Below are positions 11,175 to 22,671 of a stretch of 64,000 nucleotides of DNA, piece by piece. Each line of letters opens with the position of its first letter. Position 1 is the first letter of the stretch. The translations under genes and the position numbers were made by a program. The notes beneath the pieces are model-generated. The model had not been told where the DNA came from, ran no database searches, and worked only from the letters and a program-made list of their open reading frames with translations. Source of the stretch: Octopus vulgaris (lineage: Eukaryota); the NCBI GenBank assembly GCA_951406725.2, contig OX597827.1, positions 31,310,001-31,374,000 on the forward strand, written 5' to 3'.

Positions 11175-12170
11175 ATCATCATCATCATCATCATCATCGT
11201 TTAACGTCCGTTTTCCGCGCTAGCACGGGTTGGATGGTTCGACCGGGGTCTGGGAAGCCAGGGGCTGCACCAGGCTCCAGTCTGATCTGGCAGTGTTTAT
11301 ACAGCTGGATGCCCTTCCTAACGCCAACCACTCCATGAGTGTAGTGGGTGCTTTTTACGTGCCACCTGCACAGGTGCCAGGGGGATCTGGCATCGCCCAC
11401 GATCGGTTGGTGCTTTTAACGTGCCACCGGCACAGAAGCTAGTCGAGGTGGCGCTGGCAATGGCCACGTTCGGATGGTGCTTTTTATGTGCCACCGGCAC
11501 AGGTATCACAACTGCTATTTCCATTAATATTTGTTTCGATGTTCATGTACATGCACTTGACTCAACAGGTCTCCTCAAGCACAGCAAGATGTTCTGGGAT
11601 CCAAGGTACTTTGAATGGGCAGGGGCTATGCAGAACTGGTGCTGGAAGTATCCCGGGTCTTTGCATTTACAGCACATCTCCAGAGATCTCGGTCCTTCGC
11701 CATTGCCTCAGTGAGGCCCAATGCTCTGAAGTCATGCTTGACTACCTCATCCCATGTCTTCCTGGGTCTACCGCTCCCCCTGATTCCTTCAACTGTTTGG
11801 GAGCGGCACTTCTTCACACATCTCTCCTCATCCATCCACAGTACATGACCATACCATCGCAAGCGTCGCTCTTGCACACCACATCTGATGCTTCTTATGT
11901 CCAGCATTTCTCTCAGGGTGCTTACCCTCTGTCGTGCATTCACACTGACATTACACATCCAGCGGATCATGCTAGCTTCATTTCTTTCAAGTCTACGCAT
12001 GTCCTCTGCAGTCACGGCCCATGTTTCACTACCGTGAAGTATGGCAGTTCGCACACATGCATCATACAATCTACCTTTCACTTTGAGTGAGAGACCCTTT
12101 GTTGCCAGTAGGGGTAGGAGCTTTCTAAACTTTGCCCAGGCTATTCGTTTTCTAGTGGTGACACTCTCTG
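11175..12170 (-). mobile_element. 5'-truncated RTE LINE (ORF end, 3' UTR, (TGA)n tail)
   Basis: ORF 11626-12081 KGRLYDACVRTAILHGSETW...RLRWYGHVL...RGSGRPRKTW, typical of the RTE C-terminus. Confidence 0.9.
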
Positions 12171-12784
12171 AGCATCAAATGTTTTGTCAGACTTCAAAAG
12201 ATGGACACAAATGTTTTGTCAGACTCCAAAAGATGGACACATTAATATAATTATACCTAAAATTTCCGAGAAGTTAAGGAGATAGACAAAGAACTTCAGC
12301 ATAGAAGTAACTTCTATATTTGGAATTCTACATTGGATATTCCAAGTTCTCCAATTAGATGTTTAACCTCAATGGATAATCAGGGAACACTTTATTGTAT
12401 TATGTCACAGAGAATTAATGTCTAGAGTTGTGTAGAAAGTGAACATTTCCAAATGCCCAATACTTTACAGAATGTACTGGGTACTTGTTTCCATACCACT
12501 AGAACTAGTTAGGATCACCACATAACTCGCAAGGCTAAGGGCCTAAAAGAAAAGAGGTCCCAATAGCTGAAGGAGATCAGAGCAGAGAATGGGTGATGAT
12601 TGTAGGCAGAGAGATGAGAGATGGTAAGAGGGGAGAATGGTGAGTGTGGTAAGGAAGAGAGAAGTGGTAAGAGATTAGTGACAGGGTTGAGGAAAAGGAA
12701 GAGATAGAGTTGAAAAGATGATAGAGGAGTTGTGTACGGAGTGGCCTCTATGGCGATCAAACCTTTCCCATAAGAGTACTTCAA

Positions 12785-13460
12785 AAAATTCTCATCTTGA
12801 TTTTGAAATTCTTATCTCATGACTCACTTTGCTGTATAGATTTAGTTGAAGTCTGACAAAACATTTCTTACAGTTCTATATTTAAGAGGTGAGGAATTAT
12901 GTATATTATTTACATTTGATGGATATTTGTTCTCATCTACAAGCATATGGCGTGGTGGTTAAGAGCATAGGCTACTGACTCCAAGATTCCAAGTTCAATT
13001 CTAGGCAGTGACCTGAATAGTAGTAGTAGTAGTAGTAACAACAACAACATCGAAAGATACCTTAGGAATGAGAACCCAGGCTCAAAATTTCCCCAAGACA
13101 TCTGATGAAGGCTGGAGGGTGTATCAGCCAAAAGGTTGTTTTAACAACAAACAAGATGAGGACAAATATCGTCAAATGTAAATAATGTAAATAATGTGAA
13201 ACATTTCTTGTAAGACTTTTTTGCTTTGTGGACATCATCAACATTCATAGTCTTCCAGAATGTTTATTGTAGACATTCTGAACAGTTCCATGTGCTTCAG
13301 ACTTATCTCTAATTCCAGTGATGGTAAGTCGTTTCGGTGAATTTGTTTGAAACTCTCTCCTAAACTGCCTTTGAACTTTAACAACATTTTTCAAACTTCC
13401 TGTAGCACTTTAGGATAAATTTCCTTCGTTCAAAGCTTAGTCTGTCTCCTTTCATTGTTT
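12785..13460 (-). pseudogene. Degraded DUF4817-type Tc1/mariner transposase N-terminus, interrupted by the family H element
   Basis: Minus strand MKGDRLSFERRKFILKCYRKFE/VVKVQRQFRREFQTNSPKRLTITGIRDKSEAHGTVQNVYNKHSGR; continues on the far side of the insertion as TKSIQQ..HEIRISKS. Confidence 0.65.
12870..13198 (+). mobile_element. tRNA-headed, hammerhead-containing SINE with inverted partial 3' end (family H)
   Basis: Inverted tail at 12870-12938; head TGGCGTGGTGGTTAAGAGC...AGTTCAATTC; (TAG/CAA)n; CTGATGAAGGCTG..CAGCC; TSD AAACATTTCTT at 12859-12869 and 13199-13209. Confidence 0.8.
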
Positions 13461-13496
13461 CTGATGGTTTTAATCTTAAAAGAAATGAAAATTAAG

Positions 13497-13714
13497 GCAT
13501 AGGGGTGGCTGTGTGGTAAGTAGCTTGCTTACCAACCACATGGTTCCAGGTTCAGTCCCACTGCATGGCACCTCGGGCAAGTGTCTTCTACTATAACCTC
13601 AGGCCGACCAAAGCCTTGTGAGTGGATTTGGTAAACAGAAACTGAAAAGAAGCCCGTCGTATATATGTATGTATATGTATGTATATACGTCGTATATATA
13701 TATATATATATACA

Positions 13715-13771
<57 letters not shown>

Positions 13772-13955
13772 GTGTGTCTATGTTTGTCCCCCCAACATCG
13801 CCTGACAACCAATGCTGGTGTGTTTACGTCCCCGTAACTTAGCGGTTCGGCAAAAAGAAACCGATAGAATAAGTACTGGGGTTGATTAGCTTGACTAAAG
13901 ACAGTGCTCCAGCATGACCACAGTCAAATAGCTGACACAAGTAAAAGAGTAAAGA
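13497..13955 (+). mobile_element. SINE family A
   Basis: Full head, (TA)n and tail. Confidence 0.85.
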
Positions 13956-14654
13956 GTAACTGTTAAAGTATGGATACATTTGGGATGCGGATGGGGGGGG
14001 GGGCACCACATTGAATTTTCTTTCAATTTTCTTTTTTTTTCTTTGGGAAAGGAAAAAAAAGTGGACTTACTTATGAAAGTATTTTCTTCTATTTGGCTTA
14101 ATTCAATGCTGAGGGTGAAGAGGCTTTCCAAGATAAGATTTATCATATTCCAGTATCGAATACAGCCACACATACACTCCTTAAAAATACGGATGTAAGT
14201 TGTGTCTTCTATCTGTAAAAGGGAGGAAAAATAAGAATGAAAGAAAGAATAAATAAATAAATAAATAATTAAATTGATTGATTGTCCCGTTCAATATCAA
14301 TGAATCTGAGTCCAACCTTGGCTGTATAATACAAATTTCCAGGTTAAAAGTGATGTAAATTAAAACCTTCTGTCAAAATTCCATGTAAACTTATGTCCCA
14401 AACACCCACTTAATAATAACAAAATTATTTTATTTAATTCTTCATTATTTTTGAAATTAATTGAGACAAACGTAGTGTATTTTAACAGAATTACAATAAC
14501 GAATGCTTTTTCATTAGATTTGTTTCAATTAATTTTGAAAATAATGAAGAATTTAGTAAAACAACTCTTTTAGTTACCATGTTTCTAATGAATTTCCTTA
14601 GAAACATGGTAATAAAAATGGTTTTTTGTTTCAATTTATTTAACAATTAATGAA

Positions 14655-14751
14655 TAGGCATAGGAGTGTCTGTGTGGTAAGTAGCTTGCTTACCAGCCAC
14701 ATGGTTCTGGGTTCAGTCCCACTGCATAGCACTTTGGGCAAGTATCTTCTG

Positions 14752-14787
<36 letters not shown>

Positions 14788-15088
14788 GATGGGCTTCTAT
14801 CAGTTTCCGTCTACCAAATCCACTCACAAGGCTTTGGTCAACCCAAGGCTATAGTATATGTGTGTATGTGTGTGTGTGTATGTTTGTGCATCTGTGTTTG
14901 TCCCCCCAACATCGCCTGACAACCGATGGTGGTATGTTTACATCCCCGTAACTTAGCGGTTCGGAAAAAGAGACTGATAGAATAGGTACAAGGCTTACAA
15001 AGAATAAGTCCTGGGGGATGATTTGCTCGACTAAAGGCGGTACTCCAGCATGGCCACAGTCAAATGACTGAAACAAGTAAAAGAGTAA
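14655..15088 (+). mobile_element. SINE family A with an internally inverted segment
   Basis: 14785-14855 is the reverse complement of the usual 3' part of the head. Confidence 0.75.
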
Positions 15089-15399
15089 GAATTTAGTAAA
15101 AATAACTTCTTTGATATCATAATTCTGTTGAAATACATTGTCCTTATTTCAATCCATTTTGAAAGTTAAGAAAGAATTTAGTATAAAGTAACTGTTGTTA
15201 TTAAGCTGGCATTTGGAATATTAACTGTGTTAAACTTTGGAAATCTGCTACAGAGACAATGAGCATGCTTCAGCAACCTTATGGTGATGAGGCAATGGGT
15301 TGTACATAATGTTTCAAGTGGCACAGGTGCTTCAAAAGCAGAGGAACATTCCTGCAAGACGGTTAGCAATCTGGAAGACCTGCCATTGGCGTCATCCCA

Positions 15400-16309
15400 G
15401 GAGATGTGATATTGTGTATCGAGAATTCCTCCCCCAGGGCCAGACCATCAATCGAGAGTTCTGCGACATTTTGAAATGTTTGAGGGAGGACATTTGGTGA
15501 AAGCGACCAGAACTGTAGAGTGCAAAGAATTAGGTTCTTCACCAAGCTCTCCTCACTTGTGAGTTTCTCACCAAAAACAACATGGTATCACTTCCGTACC
15601 CACCCTATTCACCACATCTAGCAACTGTGGATTTGCATCTCTTCTCCAAGATGAAAATGCAGCTCAGAGGTCACCGTTTTAACATCATTGTTGAGATCAG
15701 GAGTGTATCACAGAAGGACCACAACTTGCCTATGGAAAATGACTTCCATGCTGGATTCCAAAAGTGGCAGGAACACTGGGACCAGTGTATTGCTGTGCAA
15801 GGTGTGACTATTTCGAAGGAGCTGATGTTAAAACTTGGGTAAATAGGTGCAGGAGTGGCTGTGTGGTAAGTAGCTTGCTTACCAACCACATGGTTCCAGG
15901 TTCAGTCCCACAGCATGGCACCTTGGGCAAGTGTCTTCTACTATAGCCTCAGGCCAACAAAAGCCTTGTGAGTGGATTTGGTAGACGGAAACTGAAAGAA
16001 GCCCATTGTATATATGTATATGTATGTGTGTGTATATGTTTGTGTGTGTTTGTTTGTTCCTCCAACATCGCTTGACAACCGATGATGGTGTGTTTATGTC
16101 CCTGTAACTTAGCGGTTAGGTAAAAGAGACCGATAGAATAAGTACTAGGCTTACAAAGAATAAGTCCTGGGGTCGATTTCCTCGACTAAAGGCAGTGCTC
16201 CAGCATGGCCACAGTCAAATGACTGAAACAAGTGAAAGAGTAAACAAGTAAAATAAGTTATTTTTTATTAAACACAACTGGTTCAGGAACCTTTCGATAA
16301 CACGATGTA
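15400..16309 (+). mobile_element. Mariner (DD34D) 3' fragment, interrupted by a family A SINE
   Basis: IVYREFLPQGQTINREF, PYPPYSPHLATVDLHLFSKMK, FQKWQEHWDQCI..DYFEG; TIR-like end at about 16280-16309. Confidence 0.8.
15845..16243 (+). mobile_element. SINE family A
   Basis: Full-length copy. Confidence 0.85.
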
Positions 16310-16849
16310 ATTCAAAACGATGTGAATAAATATGCATTACATATTTGATGGAACAATATGAATAGTAGAGAAGTAAAAGAGAGTGTTTATATCATAGGAG
16401 CATGGATGAGCACAAGTGGTTTGGTATCGAAAAAAGGTTAATCTGTTGCTCATCTGTTTCTGTCTTATATAATGGTTTCTTTTATCAATACCCTGTTCAG
16501 CAAGGAACAACAACATGATGTGGAAATATCTATGTAGTGATTAAGTCTCCTTCAAATAACAGCTAAATCTCCCTCTAATTACATCCTGCTACCTCAAAGC
16601 AAAAGGAGTGGTCCACTGGATGACACAGTGCTAGATATACCATGTCTGAAGAGAAAAATAAAAAATAAAAAAAACCAAAGCAGAGATCTTGGCTGGGGTG
16701 TCTTGGATTGCTGTTCATTTTGATCAAGCAGCAGCCACAACAGCAACAACAACAATCTTTTCTTTATTGGTCTTAAGGTCCTTTGTGTACAATATAAACT
16801 GTGTTGTATAAAAGGGGTTGCAAAACATTGAAAATATGTATAATAATAA

Positions 16850-17068
16850 TATTCTTTTCTACTCTAGGCACAAGGCCCAAAATTTTGAGGGAGGGAGCTA
16901 GTCAATTAGATCGAATCCAGTATGCCACTGGTACTTAATTTATCGACCCTGAATGGATGAAAGCCAAAGTCGACCTTGGCAGAATTTGAACTCAGAATGT
17001 AAAGACAGACGAAATACTGCTAAGCATTTCACCCGGCATGCTAATGTTTCTGCCAGCTCGCCAGCCTT
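16850..17068 (-). mobile_element. SINE family B
   Basis: Minus head GGCTGGCGAGCTGGCAGAAACATTAGC...GAGTTCAAATTC; tail CCTAGAGTAGAAAAGAAT. Confidence 0.8.
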
Positions 17069-17092
17069 TATTATTATTATTGTTATTATTAT

Positions 17093-17134
<42 letters not shown>

Positions 17135-17247
17135 GATAATGATGATGATAATGATGATGATGAGGAGGAGGAGGATGATGATGATGAGGAGGAGGAGGAG
17201 GAGAAGAAGAAGAAGACAAAAAATAAAAAAGACACAGTCCCTTATAA

Positions 17248-17540
17248 TCTGAAATTGCAGGAATTTGGAATATGAAATCTGTAGAGATTGTGCCTGTTAT
17301 AATTGGCATATTAGGGGCTGTGAATAATGGTATAGACAAATGGTTGAAGGAGATTGGAATGGAATGTCCTGTAGAGCTTCTACAGAATGTTTGCCTCTTA
17401 CGGACAGGAATGATTATCAGAAGGGTTTTGAACACTTAAAAGATTATTTAAAGGTTGTGGATACCTAAGGTTGCAGGTAGTAACCTGCAACCCACATAAA
17501 TTCTACCAGGAATAAGACCAATCCTGAGCCAAATCAAATA
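17248..17540 (+). mobile_element. 3' end of a second R4/Dong-like RLE retrotransposon family
   Basis: SEIAGIWNMKSVEIVPVIIGILGAV...ELLQNVCLLRTGMIIRRVLNT* (stop 17437-17439); 3' UTR hairpin GGTTGCAGG-TAGTAA-CCTGCAACC; ends in ATAATA. Confidence 0.75.
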
Positions 17541-19080
17541 ATAATCATAACAATGGCTTCAAAGTTTGGGACAGGTCCAGCAGTTTTGAACGGCAGGGGT
17601 TCTGTCAAAATCATTGACCCTGTACTTCACTCATACTTTACTTCATCAATTCCCCAAAAATATAAATGCAAAGCTGACTTTGGTGGGATTTGAACTCAGA
17701 AATGCAGAGACCTGTAACAAATACCACATTTATGGATCACTGAATGTTTGAACATGTTTGGAATTTTTGAGAAAAAGACATGAAGAGTTGGAAGACATAG
17801 ATAGAACCCAGGGAGATCTAGAATCAAGAAAAGGATCTTTCAAGGAAGCATCATGTCTCTTTTACTGTTTGTTCTATGCAGGATTTCTTTAACATTGCTA
17901 CTGAGAAAAGGAATATTTAGGAATGAGTTTAAAGGAAAACAACACAAGATCAGCTGTTTATTATATATGGAAAAATAAATAAATAGAAACCCCAGATAAT
18001 GGAACAGTTCATCTATGGTAATTTTTTTTTTTGGGGGGGGGGGGGAGGAACTCCACATGAAAAGTCCCAGATTACTCTGCCATATCTAAGGCATCAGAAT
18101 TGCCCTCTTCTAGTTTCTTTCATCCTACATAGGAAAGCATTTTCACAAGAGACCCATTCAGCCTCACCAGTTTTTCTAGTACTAAGGATAAAGAACATTA
18201 GAAGATGAACAAGAAAGAATACCCTGAATTAGGGTGGGTAGCAACATGGAATGATTTGAAGTGCAACCCTCTCCCTCCCAGAACACCCTGACCCCCCACC
18301 CAACACACACACCTAATAGAGATGCCTTTTCTTAGTTCTTACTATCAACCTACAAATGGCAAAGGTAAGATCAGCCTTTTAAGCCATGTCCCCATGTTGT
18401 TATTGTCATTCAGTTTTCATAACATTTTCTGGTTGGAACCCTCTTCTTTCTGCTTTGATTAGAACTTGAAGAAGTTGAAAAGGGCTTGTCTCGGGAAGAA
18501 AAAGTCTGTATTCAAATTACTGATGGCTATCCACATCTTGATTCAGTGACCTGAAGTCATTTAGCAGGTGTGCCTGGTTTCACACTGACTCCAGACTGTT
18601 TGCATTTAAACATATCTGCTCTTAATTACGTCTTGTGAAAGAGGAGAATTAACTATGTACATCGTTTAAGCTGTTGATAATTCAGATCTTAAGAATTGTT
18701 TTTTACGAAAATCTCCACATTTATAGAGAATTATAAGAATTTAAGTGTAAGAGAAAGAAATATTTGTCAAGAACTGTTTAATCCTTTTGTTGAAATTCAC
18801 TGCATTTGTTTCAATAAATTTGAAAATAACAAAGAATTTAGCAAAATAACTTTGTCGTTATCAAAATGGTGTCTGGAAGATAGATTAACATGAAATCTTG
18901 ATGCAGTGTTCTAATTTAGATCACTTTAACTCTTTTGTTAACATATTTTTATTAAAATACATGGCATTTGTTTCACTAATTTGGAAAATTATAAAGAATT
19001 TAATAAAATAACTTTGTTGTTATCAAAGTGGTGTTTGGTGCATAGATTAATATGAAATGTTGGTGAATGGTTTTGCTTAA

Positions 19081-19369
19081 CCCTTTAGCATTTAAACCAG
19101 CCTTATCCGGCCAAAAGTATTCTGCCTGTTTTATATTCAAACTGGCCAGATCTAGTCTCTCACACCAACCCTACAATATCGTTTTAAAAATTAACAGCTA
19201 CCTCATCAAAATCTCAAAGCTACAAGATAATGCCTGATTAGTTCAAGGCAATGTGGATGAAAAAGCATTAATTTTGGTAGAATAATGCGAATTGGTTATG
19301 ACCAATTTAAAGCAGAAAGTTTGTATCATAGAACCAAAGGTGGTCTCAAGCAAGTTTGCATCAAAAGAG
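19081..19369. mobile_element. TTAA-flanked MITE
   Basis: TTAA|CCCTTTAGCA...CAAAAGAG|TTAA; related fragments at 18775-19075, 30970-31170 and 38675-38800. Confidence 0.55.
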
Positions 19370-19640
19370 TTAAAGTAAATTTTATAACAATTACAACAAA
19401 CAGAGCAAAATCTACATTATTTACATATGACGAATATTTGGCCTCTTCTTGTTTGTTGTTAACACAACATTTCAGCTGATATATCCTCCAGCCTTCATCA
19501 GGTGGGGGAATTTCGAACCTGAGTTCTCATTCCTAAGGTAATTTTTGATGTTATTATTATTATTATTATGGTGTAGTGGTTAAGAGCATGGGCTACTAAC
19601 CCCAAGAAACCAAGTTCAATTCTAGGCAGTGACCTGAATG

Positions 19641-19671
<31 letters not shown>

Positions 19672-19687
19672 TAATAATAATAATAAT

Positions 19688-22096
19688 AGACAACAACATG
19701 TTCAAAAATAACCCCAAAAATTTTTACAGGAAGATAGGAAAAACACCAGTTACTGTAAAGTCTTTACCATCAAATGAAGAAGTGCAGGGATTTGGGAATA
19801 AAATTTGGGCAGAAGAAAAAACACACAACGAAAAGGACCCCTGGATTGATAGAATATCTACAGAACTGGACTCCTTAGAAGAGCAAAAGTGGGAGGGTGT
19901 CAAGGTAGAAGATATAAGATCTGCTCTCAGGAGGTCAAGCAAATGGAAGTCTCCAGGAAAGGATAAAATTCCTAACTTCTGGTTGAATGCCTTCCCAGAG
20001 AGCCACAAACTGCTAACAGACCTTTATAATGATGTTTTGCAACACTCTAGTAGGATGCCTCCTTGGCTAGTTAATGGGTTAACATTCCTGCTTCCAAAAA
20101 GTGAAGAAACAAATGAACCCAAAAACTATAGATCCATAACCTGCTTAACAACTTTGTATAAAACGCTAACATCTGTCCTGACGGAATATACCTATAGTTT
20201 TTTTAATAGACAGCAGCATATTCCCTAATGAATAGAAAGGATGTAAACATGGATCCTATGGTTGTAAAGATCAACTACTCATCAATAAGATGATCTTAGA
20301 AGATTGTCACAAACGACACAAAAACTTATCAATAGCCTGGATAGACTATAAAAAGGCTTTTGATAGCCTACCACATAGCTGGATAAAGAAATGCCTGGAA
20401 ATGTATAAAATAGCGCCTACTCTGCGAAACTTTTTGTCTGTAAGTATGAGATCATGGAGAACCACACTAACTTTGAACAGTGACAATGAATCTCTGAATG
20501 CTGGTGATGTAAAAATTTCATGTGGCATTTTCCAGGGTGACTCACTATCACCACTCCTCTTTTGTTTAGCCTTGATGCCTCTCTCAAAATTGCTCAATGA
20601 CACACAGTACAGATATAAAATGTTTGATAAAAATATAAATCATCTCATTTACATGAATGATTTAAAGCTCTTTGCAAAAAACGACCAACAACTCAAGGGC
20701 TTACTAGCGATTGTTAAACAATTCAGTGATGACATCAGAATGCAATTTGGCCTCGATAAATGTGCAAAAGCTACCTTTATCAAAGGAAAAATGACAGAAA
20801 CATCTAACATTAACCTTGACCAGCAGAATGTCATAAAAGAATTAGACCCAGCAGAGAGCTACAAGTACCTAGGGGTAATTGAAGGGGATGGAATAAGGCA
20901 TTCAGTGATGAAAGAAAGGATCAGGAGAGAATGTTATCGCAGAATAAGAGCAATACTCAAGACAGAGCTGAATGCGAGAAACAGGATTGAAGAGGGAGGC
21001 CATGGACTTTTACAACTGGCAATAACAATGAAGATTGCTACAATTGGCCTAGACACCTACCTGAAAAACTCTGAGGACTGGATGTTAAAACTTGTCTCAA
21101 AACATGAAAACAAGAAAGCGTCATACTCAGTAACAAAACAGGCAAAGGAATATATAAGTGAATTCCGAATACAACAAATTTCGGAATTAGACATACAAGA
21201 AACAAGCACAGAAAAAGCTAAGCGTATGAAAACCCGTGCTAAAACTGCGGCCCTAGATATTCTGAATGATAAATGGCAAGAAAAACCTCTCTATGGCAAA
21301 TACCCAAAGAGAGCGAATAATGCAGATGTTGACAAAGCCCTGACCCATCAATGGCTAATGGCCTCTGGCTTAAAATCTGAAACAGAAGAGTTTATCACAG
21401 CAGCTCAAGATCAATGCCTACCAACAAGAAACTACCAGGCCAACATATTAAAGAACGGCAGTAGCCCAACATGTCGTGTATGTCAATAACAAAATGAAAC
21501 CATTGATCATGTTGTCTCCAAGTGCAGTCTTCTAGTGCCTACAAAGTATCTCAACGGGCATGATAGAGCTGCACAATATATTCACTGGGTAATTTGCCCC
21601 ATGAAAAAAACTGGTGGGAACACAAACCACCTTCAGTGCTTGAAAATGACCACATCTCACTCCTCTGGAACTTCACCATTCAAACTGACAGAAAGATAGA
21701 TGCAAATAGGCCAGACATCATATTGAAAGACTTCAGACAAAGAACATGCCTCCTCATTGATATGACTGTCCCATTCGATATAAACGTATCTGTCAAGACC
21801 TACCAAAAACTGAGCAAATATAAAGATCTTGAAATAGAAATCAGCAAAATGTGGAACCTGAAGACTAAAACAATACCTGTTGTCATAGGCGCCCTGGGAA
21901 TGATAGCAAAAGGGGCTGATTGCTACCTAACTCAGATACCAGGAAACCCAAAAATGGCAGAAATTCAAAAGATAGTGCTCATGGGAGCTGCTCATATCCT
22001 ACACAAAATACTTTCTATGTAATCTCAATGTTTAAAACAAACATAATTTTCGGTTTTTCTTTTCTTTTTTTTTTTTAGACATTCACTTGTACAACA
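19688..22096 (+). mobile_element. R4/Dong-like RLE non-LTR retrotransposon, degraded copy
   Basis: [56 protein letters not shown] knuckle, RPDIIL..CLLIDMTVP..KLSKY. Has stops and frameshifts; starts in (TAA)n; 3' UTR cut at 22096. Confidence 0.92.
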
Positions 22097-22116
22097 GCAC
22101 CGGGTCATACTGCTAG

Positions 22117-22448
22117 TGCATGCATATACAGCTGCGTGCGTGCGCACATACATGCGAGTACTGTCCAAATCTCTGACCAATCACATGCAGCTAGCTGGCA
22201 TTCAATTGGCGTATCAAGTTTCGGGCATTTTGATTGGGTTTTGGATAGAAAATTCACAAAAAAGTCACTTCTATTGATTTTTTTAATGGCTCTGCAGGGT
22301 GATTGGGGAAATGTAAAGATGTGCACGACCACCTTTGGACGGTTTTGAATGACCATAGAAAGTGCAAGCCCTCTAACTGAAAAATTGTGGATTTGTATAA
22401 AGGACACACACAGACAGACAGACATTTTGCTGTTTATATATATAGAGA
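22117..22448 (-). mobile_element. 5' part of a second non-autonomous Helitron family
   Basis: Minus strand begins TCTCTATATATATAAACAGCAAAATGTCTGTCTGTCTG (TC start plus GTCT repeat), directly after the CTAG of the Helitron at 22449-25487. Confidence 0.65.
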
Positions 22449-22671
22449 CTAGCAGAATTGCCCGGCGTTGCTTGGGGCTGAATTGCTTGAAAGTACTGTT
22501 AATGATTGCACTGAATTATGATGATTATTCAGGCAAATATTGATATAAGTTTACGGCGAATGAATGTATTTGTAAGTGTATAGAAAGCCATGTAAAGGTG
22601 TTCCTACCCCCTCGTAGAATGGTGTAAGAATTGAATGTGAGGTTGCCTTGAAATGAGCCATGTTATTGTTC

